Positions 18,862 through 28,743 are shown, numbered from the stretch's first letter. The stretch: 64,000 nucleotides of DNA from Candidatus Thorarchaeota archaeon (GCA_048882325.1 JBHLRS010000010.1:1-64000); one strand, 5' to 3'. The notes: generated by a model from the letters alone, not told the origin. Numbers and translations: made by a program.

Positions 18862-19701
18862 CTAAGAAACCTCAAGTGAGAGAGTATCAAATTTCCCTGG
18901 TTGATAAGTAATTCTGAAGGAGAGGACATGACCCACATCGACATCAATCGGCTCCGTCAATGGGATAAGGAGTGGCTTCCATCCATCCTTCATATTCAGC
19001 GTAATGTCGTCTAATAACTTAGATTCGAACACTCCTACCACTCCGTGTACTACTCCTTTGTCAACAGCTTTGAATTGCAGAGTGTTGTCTATTCTTGTAT
19101 CTCGTTTCAACTTCGTTAAATCGATTGACTCAAGGACCTGCATATCCGCTAGGTCTCTTGTGACTTCACGAGTTGCAGTTTGAACAACTCGTGGGAATTC
19201 GAGGTCATTAAAGCGAAATCGCTCCCAGATATCAGTACACTCCACGGGTACGAGAAAGATTGTGATTTCTTGAGGTAGGATTACACCATCGGATTTCAAA
19301 ATGTGTTCAACTGCATGAGCAGAAGCTGGAATCTGTTGTTCAACCAACATAATAGATGACAGCATTTCACATATCACTACATCTGCTTTGTTGTCCGGGA
19401 CATACTTTTCGAAATGACTCTCGACAAACTCTATAGCGTCGTCTACCTCATTCATCTTTGCAGCTATTCTAGCGTATTGGATTGACTCAGGATTTATGTC
19501 AATGGCTGTAACCTTATCAGCACCAGCCTTTGCAGCGAGTATAGCCAGTACTCCTGAACCAGTCCCTATGTCAACAACGTAATCTCCGTCTTTCACAACT
19601 CTACCAATGGCTCTACTGAATTTCTCAATCCTTGATTTCTGCCCCAGAAGGTTGGCTGCATGCAGCATAGTGAATGGAGTTGCATAATCTCGGTCGGTCA
19701 T
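18862..19701 (-). CDS. SAM-dependent methyltransferase with PRMT-like architecture
   Basis: VVDIGTGSGVLAILAAKAGA, KADVVICE, E-x8-E loop, ILKSDGVILP, C-terminal beta-rich domain. Confidence 0.82.
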   Translation of the reverse strand: MTDRDYATPFTMLHAANLLGQKSRIEKFSRAIGRVVKDGDYVVDIGTGSGVLAILAAKAGADKVTAIDINPESIQYARIAAKMNEVDDAIEFVESHFEKYVPDNKADVVICEMLSSIMLVEQQIPASAHAVEHILKSDGVILPQEITIFLVPVECTDIWERFRFNDLEFPRVVQTATREVTRDLADMQVLESIDLTKLKRDTRIDNTLQFKAVDKGVVHGVVGVFESKLLDDITLNMKDGWKPLLIPLTEPIDVDVGHVLSFRITYQPGKFDTLSLEVS

Positions 19702-19804
19702 CTATTTTTGCCATATCAAATCTTACTTATAATAGAGATGTGAGCGAGCGGTTGCCAAGTTAGTAGAGAGACCCTTGGTTGACAACATATAGGACAGCAT
19801 CACT

Positions 19805-20965
19805 TTGCCCGAAGAGATCATCAGTTCTGCAATGGTAGCTCTTGAGGAAGGCCGCCCTCATGATGCAATTGCTGCACTAGAACCCCTCGTCGAAGAAGAT
19901 GATGAGAATGTCGACGCTTTAGTATGTCTTGGGATGGCTTATGTTCAAGCTGAAATGCCTGAGGAAGCTGTGAGGGTGCTTGAACAAGCTGACAAACTTG
20001 TAGAGCAACACTGTGTCGTTGAGCTATTCTTGGGACGTGCCCTCTGGGCACTCGGGAAGATTGACTATGCAGAAGATAAAATCCGAGAAGCTCATAGGCT
20101 GGACCCGTCTGAGCCTGAAGTCTGGCTGGATCTTTCAAGAATCCTGTACAGGAAAAATGAGTATCGCGAAGCACTCGAGATTCTCCAACAAGCATTGGAG
20201 CGATTTCCAAATGAATTAGAATTGATTGGTCTCTATGCATTGACACTCTATAGATTAGGTGATTTTACTGCCGCAACAACAGAATGGGCTAAGGTTCATC
20301 GCTTGAATCCAGACCTGATGGCTGCAGTTTCGAACTATGCTTATCTCTTACTTATTCAAAACCGTTCTTTCGAAGCTGCACCTTTCGTGGGTCATGCCAA
20401 TATAGTTGATCCGGATGACTATCGTGCACAAATCTTGTTAGGTGAACTGCGATTTCAATCGGGTGAGCATGATGGTGCAAAAGAGTGTTTCAGCAAAGTT
20501 GTTAATCAGGATCCTGCAAACATCGAAGCATTATCACGTCTTGCTGTCCTTGCCCATCTTGCACGTGATACTGAGGGCTGTAATCACTATCTTGAGCGTG
20601 CAGAAGCTGAACTTGGCCGAGACCCAGAGTCCTGGAGAGGACTTTGTGGGGTATATCCACTACTCGGTATGGATGAGAAATACATCGACTGTTTGGTTCA
20701 GTGGACCAAAGCCGATCGTGGTGCTGCGGCACCTTGGGTCGCTCTAGCACACGAGTATGATAAGCTAGGGAGGCTTGAATACGCTCGGAATGCATGGAGG
20801 GTCGTTTTTGAGTTACGTGGATATGTCAAAATTAGGTGCAATGGTTGTAAGAAAGAAGCTAGAATTCCCTATGATGAAACAAAGGGGTTCGATGTCTATC
20901 AAGACTTTTTGTGCGGAGATTGTGGCGCGAAGATTAACATGCCAGCAGGTCTTGCATTGACCTAA
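19805..20965 (+). CDS. TPR protein with C-terminal Zn-ribbon/rubredoxin-like domain
   Basis: Multiple TPRs followed by CNGC...CGDC. Confidence 0.85.
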   Translation: MPEEIISSAMVALEEGRPHDAIAALEPLVEEDDENVDALVCLGMAYVQAEMPEEAVRVLEQADKLVEQHCVVELFLGRALWALGKIDYAEDKIREAHRLDPSEPEVWLDLSRILYRKNEYREALEILQQALERFPNELELIGLYALTLYRLGDFTAATTEWAKVHRLNPDLMAAVSNYAYLLLIQNRSFEAAPFVGHANIVDPDDYRAQILLGELRFQSGEHDGAKECFSKVVNQDPANIEALSRLAVLAHLARDTEGCNHYLERAEAELGRDPESWRGLCGVYPLLGMDEKYIDCLVQWTKADRGAAAPWVALAHEYDKLGRLEYARNAWRVVFELRGYVKIRCNGCKKEARIPYDETKGFDVYQDFLCGDCGAKINMPAGLALT

Positions 20966-20977
20966 TGTGATGAGCCA

Positions 20978-21427
20978 ATGAACGAAAGACACTATCCTCA
21001 TCTTCCGATTCCTGGAGTTGGAGCAATTGTCGTTGGTCCTAGAGGGATCTTACTTGCACGACGTGATAAGGATCCAGCGAAGGGCCTGTGGAGTATCCCG
21101 GGCGGCGGGGTTGAATTGGGAGAAACTCAGAATGAATCTGTTATCCGTGAGGTGAAAGAGGAAACTGGTATAGCATGTGAGGTTCTAGAGTTTGTAAGTA
21201 CTGCAGATCTCATATCTCACGACATTTCAGGTAATGTTGAATATCACTTCCTTTTGAACCACTATCTTGCTCGTGCACTCACTGAGGACACCAAACCTGA
21301 GACTGAGGATGGCGAAGTAGGTTGGTTTCATCCTGACAGACTCCCAACAGACATTGCTGATGATAGAATCAAAGTACTACTTCTCTCTGTTCGAGATAGA
21401 ATTCTTGAAGTCATGAATGAAACGTAA
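20978..21427 (+). CDS. Nudix hydrolase (ADP-ribose pyrophosphatase-like)
   Basis: Nudix box GGGVELGETQNESVIREVKEETG. Confidence 0.92.
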   Translation: MNERHYPHLPIPGVGAIVVGPRGILLARRDKDPAKGLWSIPGGGVELGETQNESVIREVKEETGIACEVLEFVSTADLISHDISGNVEYHFLLNHYLARALTEDTKPETEDGEVGWFHPDRLPTDIADDRIKVLLLSVRDRILEVMNET

Positions 21428-21542
21428 GACACCTGTATTATACAGCGATATATCAGATATCCACTCTGCCACGAAATATAAAAGCCATTGATAGGACTTC
21501 ATGTAACGAGTCTTTCCAGACCTAAGGACGTGTAGAAATACA

Positions 21543-22007
21543 ATGTTCAGAACAATAATGGCATTACTAATTTGTTTAGTGGCAGCTATCATTATAGGGG
21601 CTTTCCAAATTTTGGGCCTCGGAATCGCTGATATTCAGACTATTGTCGGTAGCTCGGATATCACTGGTGAATTGATGGCTAAAGGCGCACTCCTCTTCGG
21701 AGGGCTGCTATTCCCATACACCCTTGCAACAACAGCTCAAGTCTACTCTCCCTTAGTAGCACTAGGAGTTGCTGGCTTTATTGCTGGCTTAATCTCCAAG
21801 AGCGGTGTTCGCATGCTCTTCGTTTCAATAATTTCTTTGGTACTCTTCTTCTTGGGTTACTATGTTCTTACCCTCGTTGGAGACCCAACAAATCTTGATG
21901 CAATGCTTATGATTGCAAGGAACATGGCTATCGACCTTGGCGTCGCCTTTGGTCTGCTATTCATTCCAGGAATTATTGGTGCATCACTAACATCCGAGGA
22001 CTATTAG
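21543..22007 (+). CDS. Hypothetical membrane protein
   Basis: Four or five hydrophobic segments. Confidence 0.75.
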   Translation: MFRTIMALLICLVAAIIIGAFQILGLGIADIQTIVGSSDITGELMAKGALLFGGLLFPYTLATTAQVYSPLVALGVAGFIAGLISKSGVRMLFVSIISLVLFFLGYYVLTLVGDPTNLDAMLMIARNMAIDLGVAFGLLFIPGIIGASLTSEDY

Positions 22008-22023
22008 TCCTCTTAATGAAGCC

Positions 22024-22052
22024 GGGGGCTTTTGCCCCCTACGACCTTTTTT
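22024..22052 (+). terminator. GC hairpin plus T tract between convergent genes
   Basis: gggggc-tttt-gccccc followed by tacgacctttttt. Confidence 0.6.
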
Positions 22053-23556
22053 AATTAACTAGTTGTCTAGCTAATATAGAAGAAGTAAGTTCTAGGAATT
22101 CATCCAAATGTGCTCTTTGTATGAACGCACCTGCAGCCATGGGGTGCCCACCTGCCTCAGCTATAAGTTTACCATTCTTCTCATTGAGGATATCTGCGAC
22201 TTCCACGAACACCTCTTTGAGGTTGACTCCTCTGTCGATAAGTTGCTTATGCGCACGCCCAGAAAGTTTCGCTAGAGGACTATCATCGGTTGTGTTCCTG
22301 CTTACCCCAATGACTGGTCGGTCAGTTGGTATGATCATTGATCCCTGTGCCATCCCAATAACTATACCAATTATAGTATCAGGTGTCTGAGGATCATCTA
22401 CAACATACATTCCATCCATCTCTTTATAGCCATCCGCCTCCTCAAGACGTCGAAGAGCACCTGCCAGGTTTGCTCTATGCTGTTGTAGCAGTACCTTACC
22501 TTCAGCAAAAGCTTCAGAATCTCTCATGCAAACGCCTACCCCGACTTCTGGACGTCGATTCCGGCCACAGGCGTTTAAGAGGGTTGAGAATTCTTTAGCG
22601 CTCCTCATCTCCGTCTTTGGTGGACGTTGCGATAAAACTATAGTATCACCGATTATTCCCTGTGCCACTCTTGGGTCATTGTAATGTTCAAGTACAACCT
22701 GAATGATGCCCTGAATAGCAAGTTGCTTCTCACTGGATTCTAGGTCCATCCATGTTCTCCATTCCTCTCCTGACTTCATATCAATGTCAAGGTCCTGAAA
22801 GAACGCATAGCAAGCATCCTCTGCTCCTGTTAGCCCTGGGAGATATGGGTCAGTTGCATATTGGAGTAGGTACGGTAGAGGTCGAGTGTGGATGCCAAAA
22901 AATGTGAGATCTCTCATGACCTCTAGAAATCCTGAGTCTTGCCCGAGCTCAACAATCTCTTTGTTAATACCCACAAATCCTTGTCCGTAGTAATCTTGAA
23001 GGTCTCCTGTTGCTCCCACAATGGCTAGTTCGGAAAGGTCAACATTACTTGTTGAAACAAAAAGAGCGAGCAGGAATGCGGTTCCAGCTCCTGAAAGATC
23101 ATAGCTGCCACTTAGTCCATGTTGAGATGGATTCACCTCGATTAGTTTCGAGGAGTGGTCGTTGGAAGACGATGTTTTTGGATCATCAGGAGGTAAATGA
23201 TGGTCTAGGATGATTATTGATTTCACACCTTCAATTTCCAAGATGTACTTCTTTACTAACTCAATTTGTCCAGTACCGAAGTCACTGAAAATGACTAAAT
23301 CTGGCTTATACTCACGGACGTCCTTCTCTATCTCTACGATAGTTTCAGAGTTAATCTGATGGACATTCTTCCATTCAAACTCTTTCTCCTCTCTCTCAAG
23401 CATAAGCGCAATTATGGCCAAAGAGGAGATACCATCAGCATCTATGTGAGAGAATGCAGAGACTTTCTTTGAATGCTTGACTATCTTGGAAGCTTCAACG
23501 AGAAGTGTTCCCATCGACTCAGGTATAGACTCGTAAAATCTCTCCATTTTTCCCAA
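22051..23556 (-). CDS. DHH-family phosphoesterase, archaeal RecJ/Cdc45-like exonuclease
   Basis: SHIDADG, FSDFG, ILDHH, GATGD, LNACGR, DHHA1 motif GGHPMAAGA. Confidence 0.9.
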   Translation of the reverse strand: MGKMERFYESIPESMGTLLVEASKIVKHSKKVSAFSHIDADGISSLAIIALMLEREEKEFEWKNVHQINSETIVEIEKDVREYKPDLVIFSDFGTGQIELVKKYILEIEGVKSIIILDHHLPPDDPKTSSSNDHSSKLIEVNPSQHGLSGSYDLSGAGTAFLLALFVSTSNVDLSELAIVGATGDLQDYYGQGFVGINKEIVELGQDSGFLEVMRDLTFFGIHTRPLPYLLQYATDPYLPGLTGAEDACYAFFQDLDIDMKSGEEWRTWMDLESSEKQLAIQGIIQVVLEHYNDPRVAQGIIGDTIVLSQRPPKTEMRSAKEFSTLLNACGRNRRPEVGVGVCMRDSEAFAEGKVLLQQHRANLAGALRRLEEADGYKEMDGMYVVDDPQTPDTIIGIVIGMAQGSMIIPTDRPVIGVSRNTTDDSPLAKLSGRAHKQLIDRGVNLKEVFVEVADILNEKNGKLIAEAGGHPMAAGAFIQRAHLDEFLELTSSILARQLVN

Positions 23557-23621
23557 TAAACTGTCCTCTAGTGTATAATATAAGTTGGCCGCTCTATGGT
23601 AACGAGTGAGCTAAGTGGTTT

Positions 23622-23963
23622 TTATTCCGTTACTCTCATTGCTCGCGATAAGGCTAGAAACATCACCAAGAACACGCTTGCTACAGCTGCCAATACTTTG
23701 GCAACTCGTTGCCATCGTGTTAATGGGACTTCCATCTCTTTCAGTTCATTGGTGATTTTTCTAAGGTACACTCTACGTTCAGTGTATAGTGCTTCCTGGT
23801 CATCAAGTATCGAAGAGTATTCTGTCCAGCTCTGGTAGAGTGGGGTTTCAGGACTTGTCTTGAGCCATTCGTACCACTGTTCTAGAATTTCTTCGCGGTG
23901 GGGTGAGGGGAATCCATTGATTGTTTCATGGATTGTACTCTCCCAGTCATCTGGTAGCGTCAT
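23622..23963 (-). CDS. Hypothetical tail-anchored membrane protein
   Basis: Helical soluble region with a single C-terminal hydrophobic helix. Confidence 0.7.
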   Translation of the reverse strand: MTLPDDWESTIHETINGFPSPHREEILEQWYEWLKTSPETPLYQSWTEYSSILDDQEALYTERRVYLRKITNELKEMEVPLTRWQRVAKVLAAVASVFLVMFLALSRAMRVTE

Positions 23964-24137
23964 ATCTCTGTGTGCACCTCATTATTCCCGGCAGAGGGAC
24001 AATAAATGAGTCGTCTTTGTAGATTATTAAGTGTTGACTGTTCGCGCGCGGTTTGCGCAATCTGACTAATTTCAGATAGTTCACTCTTTAAATGAATCCA
24101 AATGCGCATTCACTATCCATTTCCTCAAAAAGATAGA

Positions 24138-24662
24138 TTATCTCATTTTGGCTAGTTCTTTACCCCACTCTTTAATGTCAGATCTGAGTTTCGATAGGTC
24201 CTGTGGACTAATGGTATCAACTCTACCGTATGTCTTGAGAATCCGTGTCCAACGTTGCATTTTCACGATGAGGTGACCTGCGACTCCTTTTCCTTCCAAT
24301 ATTTCAGCTGATTCATTGATTCTCTGTGCGAGATCACTAGCAATGACACCTTCTCTTACCTGAGTTTCAAGAGTGTCTAAGACAGCTTGCAGATTAGACA
24401 CAGCTCCTTTTTCTGCAATGCTTGGTCCAGTTGCAGCTAAAGCTGCAGGAGTAGCAGTTTCCAATTCCTTTACCAACTTAATCAGCTCATCTAGACGTTC
24501 TGTGTTGGCATTGACTGCTAAGGTAAGTTCTGAAGTGTTTTCCTGAACTTCAGTGATTCCAGAGATGACTTCAATCATCCTGTTCAACATCTGTGTGAGT
24601 CTATCAATAGCTCCATTGATCTCTGTGAGCTTTGCTCTAACATAGGTGTCTTCTTCGCTCAT
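24138..24662 (-). CDS. Hypothetical coiled-coil protein
   Basis: N-terminal heptads, Ala/Pro linker, helical C-terminal domain. Confidence 0.75.
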   Translation of the reverse strand: MSEEDTYVRAKLTEINGAIDRLTQMLNRMIEVISGITEVQENTSELTLAVNANTERLDELIKLVKELETATPAALAATGPSIAEKGAVSNLQAVLDTLETQVREGVIASDLAQRINESAEILEGKGVAGHLIVKMQRWTRILKTYGRVDTISPQDLSKLRSDIKEWGKELAKMR

Positions 24663-24836
24663 AGTTTATTCCTCGAACCTGAGGGTGCTCTATATGGCAC
24701 GTAATGGCTCGTCATCCAAGTGTTTGAAGATTAAGCTTTCTGTGTTGTTTAGATACTATAATGCTATGCAAGTCCATAAGCTAATACTAATATCTACTTT
24801 AGAGGTGGTTTCATAATACTGAGAGGTTAAGCAACA

Positions 24837-25187
24837 GTGTATGTCATAAACTTCAATGAACGCGAGGAAACTCCTGTTGATATGGCTGATAGCAAGGATG
24901 TCTACATGCGCTGGTTAGTTGGTAGACGAACTGGAGCTAAGACATACGCTATGCGTCTTTTCGAGATTAAACCGGGAGGGATAATTCCACTTCACACACA
25001 TCCTGAAGAACATGAGATTTTCATTCTCGAAGGTGAGGCTAAAGTTCTTGGTGGAAACGAGGGCTTGGTTGCAAAGAAGGATGATGTTGTCTTTGTACCC
25101 TCTGACCTACCTCATGGCTACGACAATACTCAAGGTACGAAATCCTTTCGTTTCATTTGCGTGATACCTTTGCTGAAGAAAGAGTAG
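24837..25187 (+). CDS. Cupin domain protein
   Basis: PLHTHPEEHEIFILEG...VFVP...PHG. Confidence 0.9.
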   Translation: MYVINFNEREETPVDMADSKDVYMRWLVGRRTGAKTYAMRLFEIKPGGIIPLHTHPEEHEIFILEGEAKVLGGNEGLVAKKDDVVFVPSDLPHGYDNTQGTKSFRFICVIPLLKKE

Positions 25188-25230
25188 GTAGTTTTTTCTT
25201 ACTGACTTTCTTGTCTGTATGAGGAGTTAA

Positions 25231-26040
25231 ATGATGAATCTCAACGGCAAAAAGCTTTGGATATTCGATGTTGATAACACGCTTATTCATGATGTTGAAC
25301 ATCCAACTCCATTCGATGATGCATTAAAATTCTGGAATTCGCTTGAAAAGAAGGGATACGAACTCGCGATTCTAACAAATGTAGGCAGACTGTCATCGAG
25401 ACAAGTAAATGCTGCTATTTCTAAAGCTGGTTTCAAGATTCCAGTGGAACGAGTGTTTACAGCTGGAGCTGCAGCCGCGGCATATGTGCATAACAGACAA
25501 CCGGGAGCTCGTTGTTTTGTCATTGGTGAGGGTGGTGCACAGGAGGACTTTGTTGCCCGAGGACTGGATGTTTCTAACAATCCTCCAATCGATTTTGTTG
25601 CAGTTGGGGCCGATCGTGGGATGACATTTGATGAACTTAACTTTGCCACCAAGATGGTCAAAGGAGGTGCACCTCTCATTTGCATCAGTGGAAGTCGCGA
25701 TTATCCTGGTGTCTATCTAGGTTCAGAGGACACATTCATCGGTGAATTATCAATTGCAGCTGCAATCGAACATGCTACAGGTGTCCAAGCAGTAGTGGTT
25801 GGAAAACCTCTTCCAGAGATTCTTGTCGAAACTGTGAAGGCATTGGGACGCACTGTGTCCGATGCAGTTATGGTTGGAGACAACCCCAATTCTGACATAG
25901 CTGGCGGTAACGCAGCAGGCATGACCACAGTTCTCGTTAAGAGGAATCCTGACGACATCATAGCCTATGAATCCGGTGAACTTGACACTACTCCAACTGT
26001 TACAGTCGAGTCTCTTGAGGACCTCATTTCCGAAATTTAA
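25231..26040 (+). CDS. HAD-IIA hydrolase (NagD family)
   Basis: FDVDNT, LTN, VGKP, MVGDNPNSDI. Confidence 0.92.
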   Translation: MMNLNGKKLWIFDVDNTLIHDVEHPTPFDDALKFWNSLEKKGYELAILTNVGRLSSRQVNAAISKAGFKIPVERVFTAGAAAAAYVHNRQPGARCFVIGEGGAQEDFVARGLDVSNNPPIDFVAVGADRGMTFDELNFATKMVKGGAPLICISGSRDYPGVYLGSEDTFIGELSIAAAIEHATGVQAVVVGKPLPEILVETVKALGRTVSDAVMVGDNPNSDIAGGNAAGMTTVLVKRNPDDIIAYESGELDTTPTVTVESLEDLISEI

Positions 26041-26083
26041 ACAACTCACAATACTCAAAGGGACTTTGATTGATTAGTAACTT

Positions 26084-26767
26084 ATGACACGTAAAGGACC
26101 TTTGATTCATTTTGAGGTTAAACGAGCCAGTTTAAGTGTCGGAATGATTGTCCTTGATGAGCTGAAAGTTGGTAGGTCTACTCCGTACTTCGAGGAGTAT
26201 GAAAAAGAAACCTTCAATGAGATTCGATCCCACCTGACACTCGAAGACGCAAAGGATGACCCTATCTTTCGTTCGTACCGAGACCTCTACTGGTCATTCG
26301 GGATGGACCCCACCAAGCTGCGTGTTTCCAGTGAGGCTGTACTGAGAAGGATCCTCAAAGGATTGAACCTTTGGCGTATCTCAGATGTCGTAGATATCGT
26401 TAACCTCGCTTCTGCATATCATAAAGTACCAATTGGGCTAATTGATCTATCCAAACTGAAAGGTGACCTATACATCAGAACCGCAGCCAATGGAGAGTTG
26501 TTTCAAAGGATTGGGGGCAAGATAATTGTCTGTCGTGGTCGCGAGATTGTCGTTGCTGATGATGAGAAGATTGTATGTTTTGGCTATGCCACACATGATT
26601 CTGAACGCACAATGATAACCAATGATAGTAGAAGTGTTCTTGTGCTCCTCTATGGTTCGGAAGCTGTCACAGGCGAAGTGATGGATGAAGCTCTGAAGAT
26701 AACCCTAGACATGATTGACCAATGGCTTGACTGCAGAGTGTCCGAGCCGGAAATCGTCTATTCCTAG
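26084..26767 (+). CDS. Stand-alone B3/4 domain protein (PheRS-beta editing-like)
   Basis: YRDLYWSFGMDPTKLRVSSEAVLRR, VDIVNLAS...PIGLID, DSERTMIT. Confidence 0.88.
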   Translation: MTRKGPLIHFEVKRASLSVGMIVLDELKVGRSTPYFEEYEKETFNEIRSHLTLEDAKDDPIFRSYRDLYWSFGMDPTKLRVSSEAVLRRILKGLNLWRISDVVDIVNLASAYHKVPIGLIDLSKLKGDLYIRTAANGELFQRIGGKIIVCRGREIVVADDEKIVCFGYATHDSERTMITNDSRSVLVLLYGSEAVTGEVMDEALKITLDMIDQWLDCRVSEPEIVYS

Positions 26768-28743
26768 AACTCCAGGAATGGCTGACCGAGAACAATCCTC
26801 TCAAGGAGACTGTTCTTGCTGGCCTTATTCACCATCTGTTCGAATTGCTTCTTGAGACGAGCCTCATCTACATAATCTGGTTCTTTAATTCCCATACTCC
26901 CTATTACCAATTGTAGCATATATTCGAATTCATATTGGAGGTAGTCTTCCTTTCTGGTCTTTTCTTTTCTTGTCACTTCTTTCTTTATTTTCCTTGCCAA
27001 GCCCTGCTTGAGTGCTTCTCGTGTTTCAGTCAGGTAGAATGACATTGACTTCTCATAATGAAGCTCGCCTCGCTTGACAAGCTCCTTCAAGAATGGTAAA
27101 CCGAAAGTTCGTCTTGCAATGGCTTCGATCCTTGCTACAAATGCATTGATTATATCCTCGTAGGACAGCATCCCTGCTTGACCCTTTGTTTCGAAGACCT
27201 TGTCAGTTGGTTTTGCACTCTTGAATTTCTCCTTCTTAGCAGCCAGAAGTTGCGCTCGTTCTTTTCTTGCCGCCTCATCAGCCGCAGCCTTTTCAGCCTC
27301 AAGGCGTTTCCTCTCGGCTTCAGTCTTTGCGGCTTCGATTTGTTTCTGGCGTTCGAGTCTCCTCTTCTCTCGTTCTGCTGCCTCTCGTTTCTCTTGTTCT
27401 ATTCTCTCCTGCTCTAGTTTTTTGAGTATCTTCTCTTGTTCCGCCCTCAGTTTTTGCATGTGGGTTTGAACATCCCTCTCTGTAAGTGTGATGTGCTTGG
27501 TCAGTAGCCAACGGACACCAATATGATTGACTTTTGGTTTCAGGTCTGCAGATGAGAAGATGAAACTAGCTGTCTGTTGCCCTGGTAACTGAGTAATGAT
27601 CTCTTCAGACTCTTTTTCTCCAGCTATAGGTTCGAGGATTCGCTCCAAAACCTTCAGAGATTGCTCACTACTAATGCGACCAGCAGATATTGTGTTGAAC
27701 TGTTCAAATGCTTTGTAGTCGATGTCCTTCGGACTTTGCGTTGCTATTAGACATTCGATTCCATATTTCCGTGCTTGACGGAACAGAAGCAAAAAGGTTT
27801 CTTTGGGTCCTGGAGCCTTCATTCCCGCAGGAATGAAAGGGGCTGCTTCATCTTGAAATATCATCATTCGTGGTTTCTCAGTGAAACCTTGTCGAAGCAT
27901 CCATGAGTACAGCTGGTTTAGCACAATTGCTATGAAAAAGTGCTTCTCCTCCTCGCTTCGAAGCGTCTTCAGAAAAATCACGTTTATTGGTGTTTTGCCA
28001 TTTACGGATTTTGTGAGATGATCAAAATCGATGTTACCCTCTTCTTTGAAGAGCAGCTGCGATGAGCCAACAGTCAAACTTCGAATACGAGTTGCTAATG
28101 TTTGTCTCTCAGAGAACTTCATGAAAGGTTCGAGATCAACTCCGACTGTTTCTTTATCTGCCACCAGCATGTCAGCCAATTCTGACAACTCATCAATTTC
28201 CGTCTTCTCCGTTTCCCAGATGGTTCTAAGAAGCTCATAGACTGCCGCAAATGCCTTTCCCTCCCATGATCTCGACAATCCTGCAACTTTCATCAAGACT
28301 TTTACAAGTGTTCTTGCGGAATTGTCAAGCAAACGAATAATATCATCCTGATCTGCATCTCTATCAGGTAATTTCAAAGGATTGATTGAGATAGCGAGAC
28401 CTTTGCTACTAGCAGGTGTATAGACCCTCACAATTGTTTTGTCCATGTACTCCTTGAGTCTTTCAGGAGGGACTCCTTTCGATTTCAATTCGGTGGGGTC
28501 TCCAGGTAACATCAGCGATGCGATATCACCCTGGGGATCAAAAGCCAGTATGGGAATGCCTTGCATCGCTGCTTCTTCCAAGATACACTTGGAGAGAACA
28601 GTCTTCCCAGATCCTGTTGAACCAAACACTCCTCCGTGTCTGCGAAGGAGATCTACACCAATCTCAAATTTTTCCTCTGTTCGTTTTCCTTCCTCGTCAA
28701 GTTTGAATCCTAGCCAGAGCTTGTCTGCCATATCGAACACCAA
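26764..28743 (-). CDS. HerA/FtsK-superfamily (DUF87-like) ATPase with charged helical C-terminal extension
   Basis: RHGGVFGSTGSGKT, FDPQGD, FQDEA, RQARKYG..LIATQSP.D; long E/K/R/A helix after the motor. Confidence 0.87.
   Translation of the reverse strand: MVFDMADKLWLGFKLDEEGKRTEEKFEIGVDLLRRHGGVFGSTGSGKTVLSKCILEEAAMQGIPILAFDPQGDIASLMLPGDPTELKSKGVPPERLKEYMDKTIVRVYTPASSKGLAISINPLKLPDRDADQDDIIRLLDNSARTLVKVLMKVAGLSRSWEGKAFAAVYELLRTIWETEKTEIDELSELADMLVADKETVGVDLEPFMKFSERQTLATRIRSLTVGSSQLLFKEEGNIDFDHLTKSVNGKTPINVIFLKTLRSEEEKHFFIAIVLNQLYSWMLRQGFTEKPRMMIFQDEAAPFIPAGMKAPGPKETFLLLFRQARKYGIECLIATQSPKDIDYKAFEQFNTISAGRISSEQSLKVLERILEPIAGEKESEEIITQLPGQQTASFIFSSADLKPKVNHIGVRWLLTKHITLTERDVQTHMQKLRAEQEKILKKLEQERIEQEKREAAEREKRRLERQKQIEAAKTEAERKRLEAEKAAADEAARKERAQLLAAKKEKFKSAKPTDKVFETKGQAGMLSYEDIINAFVARIEAIARRTFGLPFLKELVKRGELHYEKSMSFYLTETREALKQGLARKIKKEVTRKEKTRKEDYLQYEFEYMLQLVIGSMGIKEPDYVDEARLKKQFEQMVNKASKNSLLERIVLGQPFLEF

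Noticed and set aside
26764-28743. HerA as part of an anti-phage system (Sir2-HerA, Nezha) or a NurA-HerA operon
   Set aside because: No effector nuclease, sirtuin or nurA gene is adjacent.
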